Shown here: piece by piece, positions 24,393 to 38,346 of the stretch
How the letters are laid out: each line of letters starts with the position of its first letter
Numbering within the stretch: the stretch's first letter is position 1
Assembly: GCA_030390025.1 (NCBI GenBank)
Contig: CM059433.1
Coordinates: 23,500,001-23,564,000, forward strand
Reading direction: 5' to 3'
Length of the DNA stretch: 64,000 nucleotides
Source of the DNA: Squalus acanthias
Taxonomy: Eukaryota
Program-made: the position numbers and the translations under genes
Notes under the pieces: model-generated
Told to the model about the DNA's origin: nothing
Database searches by the model: none
Seen by the model: only the letters and a program-made list of their open reading frames with translations

Positions 24393-27300
24393 TTCTGGAA
24401 ATCTATTTTCCATGAAATAAATAAATAACTGCAAGTAACATAAGCGTACAATAAGAAAAAGACCATCTAAATCTTTACAGTTTGTACAATCACAGACCTT
24501 TACTAATGTACCAGCTAATCTCCCATGGCATTGCTCACAGTGAGTCAGAGGTTACGCTGTTGTTAGGTGTGAACATAGGGGAGGAATGCAAATATCCACT
24601 GAAAGGGTTTGGAACACATTTTATACAAGATCTCTTCAGAGACAGTGAAGTAAGCATTTTTAGATTGTTTGCTGCAAAATAAATAAATTGGGGGCAAAAA
24701 TGTGCAAGCGTTTTGATGCACTCCTGGATATGCTGGGTTTACGTCTGGGATTCCATGGGGCTTTGCAGGGGGCGCATGCTCTGCCCAACCCAAACAAGGC
24801 CAGCATTGTAGGAAGCGGTGGGGTCAGGGTGGAGGGGAATCCCTTAGCCATGAGTTTCAATGTCCCCGTCCTTTCAGTCGGTGGGTGAATCATCAGTGGT
24901 TGCTACGCTTGGTAAGACCAGGCATACTAGGCACTGAATGGCAGTGCAATGGCAATGATCACCTTCGGGGTAAAAGCCAGGAACATACCTTGGACTGCCA
25001 AAGATTAAGGTAATTGTTTAACATTTTGCAGCCCCTTATAAAGGGTGTCAAAGGGGGCATTTGTCAGACATGGCACCCTCCCCAGATTAGCAACTTGTGC
25101 TGCAGTATGCAGCCTCCAAGAGAAGGTGGTCATCCTAGATGTGCTCCTAATGATGCAGGGTGCTTGCTGTTGGTACTCATTAAAGGAAGTCTCCCTGACC
25201 CCACAAGCTTTGTGAAGGCCAGCGTCAGAGTTCCTGGGCAGGCACATTCAGGCACTTGAGTAAATGTGGTATATTTTTCGCATTGCTTATAGTTACAGAG
25301 TAGTGACGCCAGAGTATAATGCCAGAGTGTGAGTCCCAGAGCATGATGTCAGAGCTTAATACAGGAAGTGCAATGCCTGAATGTGTTGGACAGGAAGTTT
25401 TGCACTGTGGTCCTGTGTTTAATACAATACTCTCATGTACCTCTCATGGTATTGTTCGTGGTAAGCCGGATGAGATGCTATTTTATAAGTGTGGGAGTGT
25501 TACACCATGTAATGCACAATGTATTATTCTACTGTAATCTGTGTTTCTTTAATTGTTGTTAAGTAAACAGAGTCTAGGTCAACGAGCAGTTAATTGCATG
25601 GTAAGGGAACTGCAGAGTTTAATTGCTCTTCAGGCTGCTGGTCAGAATCCCGGATGAAATATCAGGCTTTCTTCTTTTTTTCCCCAAATATTCTTGCTAA
25701 GGTTATAGTACAGACATTATGGCTCCTATGTTAATATGGTATTTCCTATTATTGGAGGAATTTCTTTGCACATTCTTAATAGCTGTTTATTTTTAACGAT
25801 TGTTGGGAAAAACTTGTATATGAGCCAATCAATTGTCAGAAATTGGTCCGGAATAAATCTGCCCACAATCAAGTGTGTCAAAGCAGTATGACAATAAATG
25901 ATGATAGAATCGTGACAGATGATGGGGTGACTGGAAGGATAGGAAATGCACGCACATGTGCACCTGGAATTTCTACGGGAGTTCTTCCAATTTACTGCTG
26001 TAATTTTGACAAAAGATTGGGAGAACACCTAAAGAAACAAAGCAAACAGCTAAAAACGGTCATGTATTGATGGGAATGCAGCAGCCCCTCAGGAAAGAGG
26101 GCAAAAAAGCGCACATTAATGGCCAAGAGCAGGCTACAGTCAATCTATTGTACATGGAATGTAAGCGTGCATGTGCATTATGTATTTGACTTGCAAGTCA
26201 ACTAAGAACCTACAAATGTTCAATATCATTGACCATTGCAGTGAATATTGGTTAAAACAAGGTGAGCTGCACCACTATACAACTGATTTGGAAGGCTCTA
26301 ATGAATAAGCACCTTAAGTCCAAATCTCAAATATCAGTAGCTAGGAAGATATAACACCACACCTGGGTGCAAAGTTCGGAACCAGCTGCAGATCAGCACT
26401 CATACTTATGTCAATGTGGTCATAGTAGTCTTCTGCACTCAAAGATGCTGACCTTTATTATTGCCTTGTAGCCCTCCTTGAAGCCCTATTGCTGGCCACC
26501 AAGCGAGTGCTTGGCTTCTTTTGGTTGACTGTAGAAGATTTAGGTAGCCTGTCATAGGCCATTCTCACAAGAATCAGCTGAGCTTTCAAAATCATGGTGT
26601 CTTGATCCAACACCATTCACCACATGACAGCACTGAAGAAGAACGCCGCCTCCATGGGGTAGGCTTCACCATAAAAAATTAGCTAGTTGAACGTCTCAGA
26701 GACTCCCCTTGTGGAATAAACGAACGCCTCATGAATATACGGCTCACCCTAGCCCGGAACCAGTGCGCTACGGTCATCAGAGCGTACGCCCCAACACTGG
26801 AAGCCACAGACAAGACCAAAGAGGAATTCTACTCCAGCCTCGAACAATTCCTGTCCCGAGCCCCAACGGGCGACAAGCTGATCCTCCTTGGTGACTTCAA
26901 TGCCAGAGTTGGAAAGGACACAGACCTCTGGGGAGGTGTGATCGGCAGAGAGGGGGTAGGGAAAGCCAACTCCAACGGTACTCTCCTCCTGACGAAATGC
27001 TTAGAACATGGCCTTGTCATAACCAACACCTTGTTCCATCAGAGAGACAAGTACAAGGCTTCATGGTAACACCCTCGCTCCAAGCACTGGCATCTGCTGG
27101 ACTACGTCATCGTCCGAGCGAGGGACCGCAAGGACGTCCACATCAGCCGCGCCATGACAGGAGCTGACGACTGCTGGACAGACCACTGCCTAATCCGCTC
27201 TGTCATCTCCATCAATGTAGCCCCAAAACAGCGGCGGCAACAGAAGCAATGCCACAGAAAAATCAACGCTGGAGCACTCAAAGACCCTACTAAGAAAGCC

Positions 27301-29349
27301 CTAATCAGCCTGTTCCTCACAACCAACATGACGACTCCCAGTGATTCAGAGACACAGAGTGTCCACAGCGCCTGGTCTGCACTCAAGGCCTCCATAATCA
27401 GCACCTGTGAAGAGACGCTCAGTCACTCGACCAGGAAACACCAAGACTGGTTCGACGAGAATGACCAGGAGATCCAGGAGCTAATAAGCCGCAAGCGCAA
27501 GGCATTCCTGATCTGGAAACAGCAACAGAACTCGAGAACAAGAAATCAGCTCTACAGACGCCTGAAGGCCGAGGTCCAACAAAAAACTCGCGACCTAAAG
27601 AACAGATGGTGGGTGGAGAAAGCGCAGGAGATCCAGCAGCTAGCCGACAACCACGACGTGCGTGGATTCTTTAGCGCAGTCAAGACCACCTACGGCCCAA
27701 GCAATCAAGGTCCTACCCCACTGCGGATCAAGAACGGAGAGGTTCTCATCAAGGACAGAGAGGCAGTCAGTGCCCGCTGGAAGGAGCACTTCGAAGATCT
27801 CCTTAACCGAGACTCTGTCTTTGACGCGAGTGTCCTCAACTCCATCCCGCAGCATGCTACCCGCCACCACCTCAGCACAACCCCAGCCCGGCATGAGGTT
27901 GAAAAGGCCATCTGACAACTGAAGAACAACAAGGCCTCAGGAGCAGATGGAATCCCCGCCGAGGCACTAAAACATGGCAGAGAAGCACTATTGGCATGAA
28001 TACATGAACTCATTTCTCTTATTTGGAAGGAGTAGAGCATGCCAAGGGATCTCAGAGATGCCGTAAGCGTGACCATCTTCAAGAAAGGTGACAAGTCCGA
28101 TTGCGGTAATTACAGAGGAGTCTCCCTGCTGTCTGCCACAGGGAAAGTCATCGCAAGAATCCTCCTCAATTGCCTTCTCCCAGTGGCTGAAGAGCTCCTC
28201 CCAGAGTCGCAATGCGGATTCCGCCCACTAAGAGGCACAATGGACATGATCTTCACCGCACGTCAACTACAAGAGAAATGCAGGGAACAGCACCAATCGC
28301 TGTACATGGCCTACTTTGACTCACAAAGGCCTTCGACATCGTCAATCATGAGGGATTATGGAGTGTCCTCCTCAAATTCGGCTGCCCTCAAAAGTTTGTC
28401 ACCATCCTCCGCCTGCTTCACGACGACATGTAAGCCGTGATCCTGACCAACGGATCCACCACAGACCCAATTCACGTACGGACCGGGGTCAAGCAAGGCT
28501 GTGTCATCGCACCAACACTCTTCTCGATCTTCCTGGCTTCAATGCTCCATCTCACCCTCAGTAAGCTCCCCGCTGGAGTGGAGCTAATTTACAGAACAAA
28601 CAGGAAACTCTTCAACCTCCTTCCCCTCCAGTCCAGATCCAAGGTATTCCCATCCTCTGTCATCGAATTACAGTATGCAGACGACGCATGCGTCTGCGCA
28701 CACTCTGAGGCCGAACTCCAAACCATCGTCAACACCTTCACCGAAGCGTACAAGGGCATGGGCCTTACACTAAACATCCGTAAGACAAATCCTCTACCAA
28801 CCTGCCCCCGTCACACAGTACTGCTCCCCGATTATCAAAATCCATGACGAGGCCTTGGACAATGTGGATCACTTTCCATACCTCGGCAGCCTACTGTCAA
28901 CAAGGGCAGACGTCGATGACAAAGTCCAACACTGCCTTCAGTGTGCCAGTACAGCCTTCGGTCACCTGAGGAAGAGAGTGTTTGAAAATCAGGACCTCAA
29001 ACCCAGCACCAAGCTCATGGTCTACAGAGCAGTAGTGATACCCGCCCTCCTGTATGCTTCAGAGACATGGACCATATACAGCAGGCACCTCAAAGCACTG
29101 GAGAGGTACCACCAACGCTGCCTCCGCAAGATCCTGCAAATCCACTGGCAGGATAGGCGCGCCAATGTCAGTGTTCTTGCTCAGGCCAACCTCCCCAGTA
29201 TCAAAGCTTTGACCATGCTCGATCAGCTCTGATGGACGGGCCACATTGTCCGCATGCCCGATACGAGACTCCCAAAACAAGCGCTCTACTCGGAGCTCCG
29301 ACACGGCAATAGAGCCCCAGGTGGGCAGAGGAAACGCTTCAAAGACACC

Positions 29350-31010
29350 TGTAAGGGTTTTGACCCGTGTGGCTCTGTGCTCAGCCTGGGTGCTAGTGCG
29401 AGGTTAGGCCCTGTTGCCTGTTCTGGTCTCCAGCCAGTCTGGGAGCACTAGACACCTGTGAGTGGTTCGACCCACTCGCCCTTACGGTTCTGACACTGGA
29501 CTTAGATGCGAGAGCAATAATGGAGAGAAAACTCAGGTAGACCCGGTTGAATGGTACGAAATGGAAAATCTTTATTGCATATTATTCAAGATTACGAAAT
29601 ACATGTCATAAGCACAGATTAATGACAGTACAATCTTACACGCAGTTATGTAACTAATTTTAGGGAAACGAGGAACAAACGACACATCGTAAATGGGGGC
29701 ACACATTACAGTTATCCTTAAAACTTAAACCCTCCCCTATCAATACCTGCTCTAAACTAGATTTGTAGGATCGAGACTCATGCTCACCACTCGTGATAAC
29801 TCGGAGAATTCCGAAAACTCTGCTCGGATGTTTTTATCGCAGCACCTGATCACCCACGTGTTGATCAGGGGTCTCTGTACCCCACTTGTTTACTCGTTTC
29901 TGCTCCGGCTAGCAGGCTGGACCGTCTACTGTCATGAAGATCTGTGTTGTCCTCGGAGTTCCGATACTACTCAAAAAAGAGTCTTCCTGTGCCCTCGCAC
30001 TGATGCGATAAAATTCGAAGAATAGTCTTCCGATGCCAGTTGGGTAGCAGTTACCGATTTATCGAGCGCGGTCGGGGCTTACTGACCGTGACGATATGTA
30101 TTGTCGTCTTCTTCTCTTCTCATCTCATCTCATCTCATCTCATCTCATCTCGGGCCTTCGATGCCAACACCGTTTACCAACTTCTCGGGATGGTGTGCCC
30201 GTTTCAAGGCTTCACAGCCCAGTTCCACACAGATCTTCGCGGCAAGCCACGAGGCTGATCCTGGCGGATCAGAAAGTTCAACAGTCTTTCAGCAAGTCAA
30301 ACAGAAAGAGCTGCAAGAGGCAGAGACACGAGGCAAGTGGCAAGGAACAAGACGGCGAGCGAATAAGAGAATAAGAGAAAGATGGACGGTTGTAGCTTAC
30401 AGTTATAGTGCTGAAACTCTTCTTTTCCCGCCCAACCTTAATGTCTTTTCTTTTGTCATTGTTTTGGCGCTCAAACTTCTTGTATAGGGTGATCTCCGTT
30501 TTAATGGGTTTCGGTGATACTTGTAACTGTCTGAGTACCTGTTAATATTTTTCCCATTGTGTAACCGGTCAGTATTCTCCCTGGAGGGGTTTTGGGGCTT
30601 CCAAATGTTTTCTGTAACTACCCGCAAACAGCTCTCTCATCGTAGAGTCGTGGGGATTTTGCATATTAATGTCTTTGGATGGGTTTTTGATCGCTTGGTA
30701 CAATAGCCCTTATTCGCACCTGGGAGACCGATTTCAGTATTTATGTGTATACTGCAAACCCATAATGTCTCGTGTATTATCTCAAATGTGCTGAGTCTTG
30801 ATCGATCTCGCACAAATGTTTATTGGAACGCCATCTTGTCTGCTTATCGAAAAGTCTAGAATGTTCTGCCACGAGGCGTGGTGGCCATTTTACAGGCTGC
30901 TTGTGTCCACTTTGAAAACCTGACAGCATTCTGCTGAAATAAAGCTGTTTGAACGAAACTATGTGTTTTCTCCTTATTTATAAAATTGTGATTATATTGC
31001 GAATTCTACA
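29350..31010 (-). mobile_element. Solo LTR, family 1 (1661 bp)
   Basis: TGT...ACA termini; TSD CACC (29346-29349, 31011-31014); splits the RTE frame; inverted near-copy at 54320-56005. Confidence 0.92.
30119..30151. repeat. (CTCAT)n pentanucleotide microsatellite within the LTR
   Basis: Seen directly; counterpart (GAGAT)n at ~55163-55200. Confidence 0.9.
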
Positions 31011-31338
31011 CACCCTCAAAGCCTCCTTGAAAAAATGCAACATCCCCACCGACACCTGGGAATCCCTGGCCCAAGACCGCACAAAGTGGAGGAGAAGCAT
31101 CTGGGAAGGCACCAAACACCTCGAGTCTCTTCACCGGGAGCAAGCAGAAGCCAAGCGCAAAAAGCGGAAGGAACGCACGTCAACCCAAGCACCCCACCCA
31201 CCCGTCCCTTCAAGCACCGTCTGCCCCACCTGTGACAGAGACTGTAGGTCCCGCATTGGACTCATCAGTCACATGAGAACTCATTTTTAGTGTGGAAGCA
31301 AGTCATCCTCGGTTCCGATGGACTGACGAAGAAGAAGA

Positions 31339-32697
31339 GTAGGCAAAATGTTAGAATCTTTTATTAGGCACTTAGAAAATTGAAATATGATTAGGCAGAG
31401 TCAACATGGTTTTATGAAAGGGAAATCGTGTTTGACAAATCTGTTAGAGTTTTTTGAAGATGTAACTAGTAGCATGGATAAGGGGGAACCAGTGATGTAG
31501 TGTACTTGGATTTTCAAAAAGCATTCAATAACGTGCCACACAAGGGATTATTACACAAAATTAGGACTCATGGTATTGGGGGTAATATATTAGCATGGAT
31601 TGAGGATTGGTTAATGGACAGAAAACAGAGTAGGAATAAACGGGACTTTTTCGGGTTGGCAGGCTGTAACTAGCGGGGTACCGCAAGGATCAGTGCTTGG
31701 GCCTCAGCTATTTACAATCTATATTAATGACTTAGATGAAGGGACTGAGTGTAATGTATCCAAGTTTGCTGATGATACAAAGTTAGGTGGGAAAGTAAGC
31801 TGTGAGGAGGATGCAAAGAGGCTGCAGAGAGATATGGACAGGCTGACTGAGTGGGCAAGGACATGGCAAATGGAATACAATGTGGGGAAGTGTGAAGTTA
31901 TCCACTTTGGTAGGAAAAACAAAAAAGCAGAATATTTTTTGAATGGTGAGAGCCTGGGAAATGTTTGCATTCAGAGGGACCTGAGTGTCCTTGTACATGA
32001 ATCACAGAAAGTTAACATGTAGGTACAGCAAGCAATTAAGAATGCAAATGGTATGTTAGCTTTTGTTACAAAGGGTTTAGAGTATAAGAGTAAAGAAGTC
32101 TTACTACAATTATAAAGGGCATTGGTGAGGCTACACCTTGGGTACTGTGTGCAGTTCTGGTCTCCTTACCTAAGGAAAGACATACTTGCCTTAGAGGGAG
32201 TGCAGCGAAGGTTCACGAGACTGATTCCTGGGATGAGGGGATTGCCCTATGAGGAGAGATTGAGTAGACTAGGCCTATATTCCCTAGAGTTTAGAAGAAT
32301 GAGAGGTGATCTAATTGAAACGTATAAAATTCTTAAGGGGCTTGACAGGGTTAATGCTGGCAAAATGTTTCCCCTGGCTGGGGAATCTAGAACACAGGGT
32401 CACAGTCACAGAATAAGGGGTAGGCTATTTAAGACCGAGATGAGGAGAAATTTCTTCACTCAAAGGGTTGTGAATCTTTGGAATATTCTACTCCAGAGAG
32501 CTGTGGATGCTCAGTAATTGAGTATATTCAAGACAGAGGTCGATAAATTTTTGGGAGCTAAGGGAATTAAGAGATATGGGGATAGTGCGGGAAGGTGGAG
32601 TTGAGGTAGAAGATCAGCCATGATCTTGTTGAATGGTGGAGCAAGCTCAAAAGGGCCAAATGGCCTACTCCAGCTCCTATTTCTTATGTTCTTATGT
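31339..32697 (+). mobile_element. CR1 3' fragment (RT to tail)
   Basis: GVPQGSVLGP, FADD, RRMRGDLIETYK; tail TTCTTATGTTCTTATG. Confidence 0.92.
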
Positions 32698-33280
32698 ACC
32701 CCCACTTTTTGTCCATAACCCTGTAAGTTCCTCATCCTCAAGTACCTGTCCAACTTCCTTTTAAAATTATTTATGGAATCAGCTTCCACCACATTCAGGT
32801 AGAGCGTTCCAGATCCCGACAGCTCACTTGAGTGAAAAACATTCTCCTCATCTCCACTCTAGATCTTTTGCCAATGATTTTGAATCTATGACCTCTGGTT
32901 GTTGACCCACTCGCCAGAGGGAATAGTTTTTCTCTATCTACTCTATCAAAACCTCTCATCATCTTTAAAACCTCTATTAGGTCACCTCTTAACATTCTCT
33001 GTTCCAAGGGGAACAGTCCTAACTTTTCCAACCTCTCCTCATAGCTGAAGTCCTTCATCCCTGGTAACATCCTGGTAAATGTCCTCTGTACCCTTTCTAA
33101 GGCCTTTCTATCTTTCCTGAAGTGTGGTGCCCAGAATTGTCCACAATACTCCAGCTGAGGCCTAACCAGTGATTTATAAAGTTCTAGCATGAACTCTTTG
33201 CTTTTATATTCTATTCCTCTATTTATAAACCCAAGTAACCCATATGCTTTTTTAACCACCTTATCAATTTGCCCTGCCAC
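32698..33280 (-). mobile_element. CR1 3' fragment
   Basis: ORF 32795-33280 KKAYGLLGFI..RPQLEYC..RGDLIEV. Confidence 0.9.
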
Positions 33281-33299
33281 ATGTCAACCATGCTGCACT

Positions 33300-33780
33300 T
33301 AAAGCGAAATTCATATTGCAATTTAGACAGAATGTTATCAGCAATGATGCACATTCGCCTGTTTCAGTTCTATGGTAGTTATCACAATCTGATCTGATGG
33401 GAAATATAATGAAGGGATCTTTCAGTTTTTGTGGTACATGTTCTTCCTCCCAAAATTCATAATGGGAAATCTTTGAGAGAAGGAATACCATGTTTGTAGA
33501 TTCTGCTAAGATACTATCAGGTTCTGAGACTTCTTTATCTGTTTACCTGCTCTTTGAAATGTTTCAAGAGCAGTGGAGAAGTGTGAAATTGTTTGGTATT
33601 AGATATTGCGCTACCTTATCTATGACTTCTGCAACAATGTGTGATAGTTGGTTGAGAAGGTTGCTTTGAGAAAATGTTACGTCTATTCATTGAGTATGTC
33701 ATCTTTATTCATGATCAGAAATTGGGTTCAGGCATGCTGTGCCAAAGGTATCTCGGACCTTAGATATCTTTCAAGGCACT
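33300..33780 (-). mobile_element. Highly degraded RTE-like LINE remnant
   Basis: WEEEHVPQKLKD..RSDCDNYHR resembles the RTE segment near 28020-28120. Confidence 0.45.
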
Positions 33781-35810
33781 GTAAATGTTCTTAGCATTGT
33801 AGTCAGCCAAGGACTGAAGTTTTACGTCCCATCAGGTGTCCTGTGTTTTCCTAAATTTAGTCTGCAGTTGGTTTTAAGTGTGATGTAAAGGGATCTTTTT
33901 CAAAGCATGTGCTTGATCATTAAACCAATCAAGATAATCAATGTGCTTCTGCTCAAGAGTGCCGTGGATCAGCAAATCAGTTATATCAAGCAAATCTTAG
34001 TGATTTTGTTTAACAATAGCGATTGTTTTATACGCAGTCTGAAAATCTGTGTTCCTGAGCATATTTCACTGTTTTTCAATTTGATGTTAACTCTTACTTT
34101 CAAACTTGTGTCACACTGGTTTATGATGAGGTAATCAATGAGATGCCAGTGTTTTGAATGAGGCTATAACCAGGTTATCATTTATTTGTCACCCGGCCCT
34201 GAAAATCTGTGGCCATTCTGGTGTACTCCTGCCATCACTTTGGCCAAAAAGTAGGCTGGGACCTAAAACTGCCAGATCCTTGTCCAGTGCCATAGTTTCC
34301 TCAAAGGCCTGGGAGGTCAGTGAGGACTAGGTTGGGGTCAAAGCATCGACCTTTGAAGATCTGGGTGCTAAATGTTATTTCTCCAATTAATAAAGTGGCC
34401 CCCTTACAAAGGGAACCTGGAAGTTTCTTGTGGTGTGAGGAGGGGGTGGACCCTGCTCCCTGCCCAGCCAGCGCTCCTCTGTTGGAATTTCTGGGTCTTT
34501 AAACATGGCGGGTGCCCTAGATGCATCTCTAATGGCACCTGCCACTTGCAGGCAAATTACAGAATCTCCCCTGACCCTAGAAATTTCACCAGGGTCACGG
34601 CCGGTTCTGAGCAGGCACAATCTGGTGTAAGTGGTGGGATCATTGGTCTGTGGATTTTTGATGTTAGTGATGATTAGTTGATGATCAGCATATTTGCATG
34701 GTTAACGGCAGGATACAATGTTGATATTTCTACCAAGTCGTGTCCTGTATTGTTCTATGACCTTACCTATGCGTATATTGAAATATCCATTTGCCACTGT
34801 TCAATGTGGCACTGGTGATTAGATTATCATCAGCCTTTTGGTGGGTTTTTGAGGACATTGACCTACATCTGACTTTTGAACTTTGGTTGCAAATTTGCCA
34901 ATCCAGAAGATGATTCAGCTGAGATTCATTGGCTAATCTGGTTTAAAATAAGGCTGCAACACTCATCTTGGAGCAGGCTGGTTCTCTCAAAATGAGGTTG
35001 TATCACATACAGGACATTTGATTCAGGTACTTTTGTCTAGAATTGTTTGTCCATTCCATGTCGCAATGGTAAATGGATTTTTGGTAGAACCGTCAGGCTG
35101 AGAAGAAGCAGAAAATGTTATGGACCCATTTCTGGTCCCTTTCCCTTGCAGGATGACGAATGTGATTCTAAAGGTGGCTGCTCAGTCATCCAGGATGTTG
35201 CTAAGTGACATCACCGCTTCAGTACAATTTCAAGTGGCCAGAGCCTTTGACTGCCTGCTCGCGGGTCTGAGTCTTCCACCTCCTTCACTACTTACCTGTT
35301 TTTGTATGACATTTAAATCCATCTCCTTTCTCAAATGTGACACCAGTGTATGGGTAGTTGGTCACCAAAACTAGCAAACTCTCTCACCCTCGTGCATCGT
35401 GTTCAAGTGGCACCAGCAGCTTGAGATGACTGGAGATATGTCTGGCTACAGTGGATGATTACCAGTAATTGATGTCTTAAGTATGCTCCAAGTAACAGCC
35501 ATTCCTGCCATTCGACGGAGCATATAGGCTCCGTCTCATCCACCAGGTTTACTGCTTTAGTTGGCATGCACTGGATGACAGAAAATTCCCTCCACCTGCA
35601 GCTTCCGCTACCAACTGCCCTCCCCGGTTTAGCTCATAAGATATCTTAGTTACAGATAAAAGTTAATGTGCTCACTTTTCAACTTCAGCATACATCGGTC
35701 GGGCAGTGGCAGACTATCGCAACACCCACCCAATGTCACCAGCGAGAGGCATAAACCATTTTGATGATCAGGCCTCATTTGCATTCAGCGAACGAGCTGC
35801 CAGTGCATTT

Positions 35811-35945
35811 CATAGAAACATAGAAAAATAGGAGCAGGAGTAGGTCATTCGGCCCTTCGAGCCTGCTCCGCCATTCAATATGATCATGGCTCTCTCCCCA
35901 TACCCCTTGATGCCGTTTGTGTCTAGAAATCTATCTATCTATCTT
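35811..35945 (-). mobile_element. CR1 3' tail fragment
   Basis: CATAGAAACATAGAAAAATAGGAGCAGGAGTAGG. Confidence 0.75.
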
Positions 35946-36138
35946 CGAGCATTTTGAGGGGTGGCAGACAACCTAGTGGCTCATCCACAGAGCACTGGCT
36001 CAAAGCCAGGGATTAAAGGGAAGGCAGCAGCCGGCTCCTATTTGCCAGATGTTCCATGCTTCCCACCCCCTCCCCGCCCCCCCCCCCCCTCAGCTATTCT
36101 GCTGTAAACATTTACACCTCCTCTAGACCCATCTTATT

Positions 36139-36640
36139 ATAGAATCATAGAATGGTTACAGCACAGACAGAGGCCATTCGGCCTGTCGAGCCCGTGCCGG
36201 CTCTTTGCAAGAGCACTTCAGCTAGTCCCACTCCCCCGCCCTTTCCCTGTAGCCCTGCAAAATTTTTTCCTTCAGGTACTTATCTAAATCTCTTTTGAAA
36301 GCCATGATTGAATCAGCCTCCACCATCCTTTCAGGCAGTGCATTTCAGATCTTAACCACTCGCTGCGTAAAAAAGTTTTTCCTCATGTTGCCTTTGGTTC
36401 TTCTGGCAATCACCTTGAATCTGTGTCCTCTGGTTCTCGACCCTTCCACCAATGGGAACAGTTTCTCCCTATCTACTCTGTCTGGACCCCTTATGATTTT
36501 GAACACCTCTATCAAATCTCCTCTCAACCTTCTCTGCCCTAAGGAGAACAACCCCAGCTTCTCCAGTCTATCCACATAACTGAAGACCCTCATCCCCAGA
36601 ACCGTTCTTGTAAATCTTTTCTGCATCCTCTCTGAGGCCT
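36139..36640 (-). mobile_element. CR1 3' fragment
   Basis: ORF 36345-36668 RLEKLGLFSLGQRRLRGDLIEVFK; ATAGAATCATAGAAT tail. Confidence 0.9.
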
Positions 36641-36946
36641 TTTGTTTCTTTACTTGTCCCATTATCACCCACTTTTGCCTTGCACCATCATCCTTTTGTC
36701 ATTTAATCACTCCTAAACTCCAATCTATCACAGACCTTCACTTTTGTTCTTTCCTTCCTTTTCCCTGCCTCCATACTTGCTTAAAAATTGTTAATCTCTA
36801 ACATCTTCCAGTTCTGATGAAATGCCATTGACCTGAAACGTTAACTCTGTTTCTCTCTCCACAGATGCTGCCTAACCTGCTGAGTATTTCCAGAATTTTC
36901 TATTTTTATTTCAGATTTCCAGCATCCTGCAGTATTTTGCTTTTGT
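36641..36946 (+). mobile_element. Penelope 3' UTR/pLTR fragment with degenerate hammerhead (probably begins ~36090, before the CR1 insertion)
   Basis: Homologous to 5535-5813; CTGATGA at 36814 and GAAACGTT at 36835; tail ATTTCCAGCATC..GCAGTATTTT. Confidence 0.8.
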
Positions 36947-37450
36947 TTGACCTTTTCAGGGATACTGGTTCTGGCCATTTCCTGTAGAGGCCAGGACAGC
37001 ACTCAGTGGGCACCGCACAACTGCATCAAAATGGCATGAGGGTCCTAACAACGTGGTAGGACCCTCATGTGCATTGAGTAATGAGGCTCCTGCCTGTTTC
37101 CGGGGGCAGCGCTGGCTGACTAAATAGAGGCCTGCTCAAAAATGGCAACAGGCAGACCTCAGGCCGGAACTCGGAAGGAAGTTTATTTTTGACATTTTGG
37201 TCTCACTGCTGCCCCACTCTCGCTGAAAAATGGGGTCGGGAGAGAGACCAAAATCGGGGCCATACACTCAGTAGAGACCTTTATCAAAGAGCCACCCTTA
37301 GCTGAATGTGGCTGCACGATACACAAAGTTACTATTTCACCCAAGAACTTTTAACTGTCTCTGTTAACTTCTTCAGCAAATCAAAATGAGCATATTCTGG
37401 CAGTAAAATATGGCTTCATGAGGATTAATTGAGGTAAAACTAAAACACTA

Positions 37451-38346
37451 GGGGTAAAAATTCACTTGGTTGCGCCACCCATTAGCGCCTTAAGAGGGCG
37501 CTAATGGGGCGCAAAGCCGCTAACGCCCGGGCGCAGCGATGTTTGCGCCGCTCGAGAACTTAACTTGAGATTGTGCGGCGGCGCTAAAACTTACCGCTGC
37601 GACCACCTGCGCGCGCAGATTGTGACGTCATTCCATGGTGCAACGCCCTTGGGGCGCCCCGTAGCGGAAATTGAGTGGCGCCCCCTGCCTTACCGCCTGG
37701 CGCTTCCAACGACCAGAAGACTGGAACGCTATCAATCGCTGTGGGGCTGGGGGGGGGGGCGCTATTTAAAGGGGGCCTCTTCCTGTCTTTTATTGTTGGT
37801 GGCATTTTTGAACTACGCATTCTGAAAGAGAGAGGGAGAGACTTCTGGAGAGATTCAACGTTGTGTGAAGGAGTTTTGGGTACTGAGCAGCACTTTGCAG
37901 GTTCATTTTGATTTGCCATTCCTTGTATCGATTTAGCAGAGACCGTGGGAGCTGCACTCTGAGCTCTTTGCCTGGTGCTCTCCATTGTTCTTTCCAGCAC
38001 ATTTGATGTGCAAGTCTCTCCAGGCCGAGATTCAAGGCAGCAATGAACAGGATGTGGATGGAAAGCAAGATTAACCATCCCCTTTAAGAACTGGCCCGTG
38101 CCATTGTGTGTGTGTTCCATTGCTGACTGACATTACATGAGCTTCGTCAGCGCTCCGAGTTAGCGCCTCACTGCTCGGCCTTTGCGCCTTAAGAGAGGTG
38201 TGCAGCGCCTGCTTTAGCGCTCCACTCACCTCCCGGGGTGGTAAAAGTGAAGTTTCCCGTCAGTGCCGATAATTAGCGCCAGGCGCTAATATTTGCGTCC
38301 GGACGGTATTTGCGCCCCAAATGGGGCGCGACCTAATTTCTACCCC
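37451..38346. mobile_element. Harbinger-type non-autonomous element
   Basis: TIR GGGGTAAAAATT / AATTTCTACCCC; 3-bp TSD (CTA or TAG, register ambiguous); ends match 10320-11056. Confidence 0.85.

Larger units (their letters stand above)
26632..31338 (+). mobile_element. RTE-clade LINE, 5'-truncated, interrupted by a solo LTR at 29350-31010
   Basis: HGVGF, AYAPT, LGDFNARVG, TDH, CGNYRGVSLL, ESQCGFR, GVKQGC, QYADD, FPYLGS, RKRFKDT|LKASLK, C-terminal CPTC..H..H; (GAA)n tail. Confidence 0.95.

Noticed and set aside
25843..26070. 75-aa ORF or possible exon
   Set aside because: No recognisable domain and weak splice context
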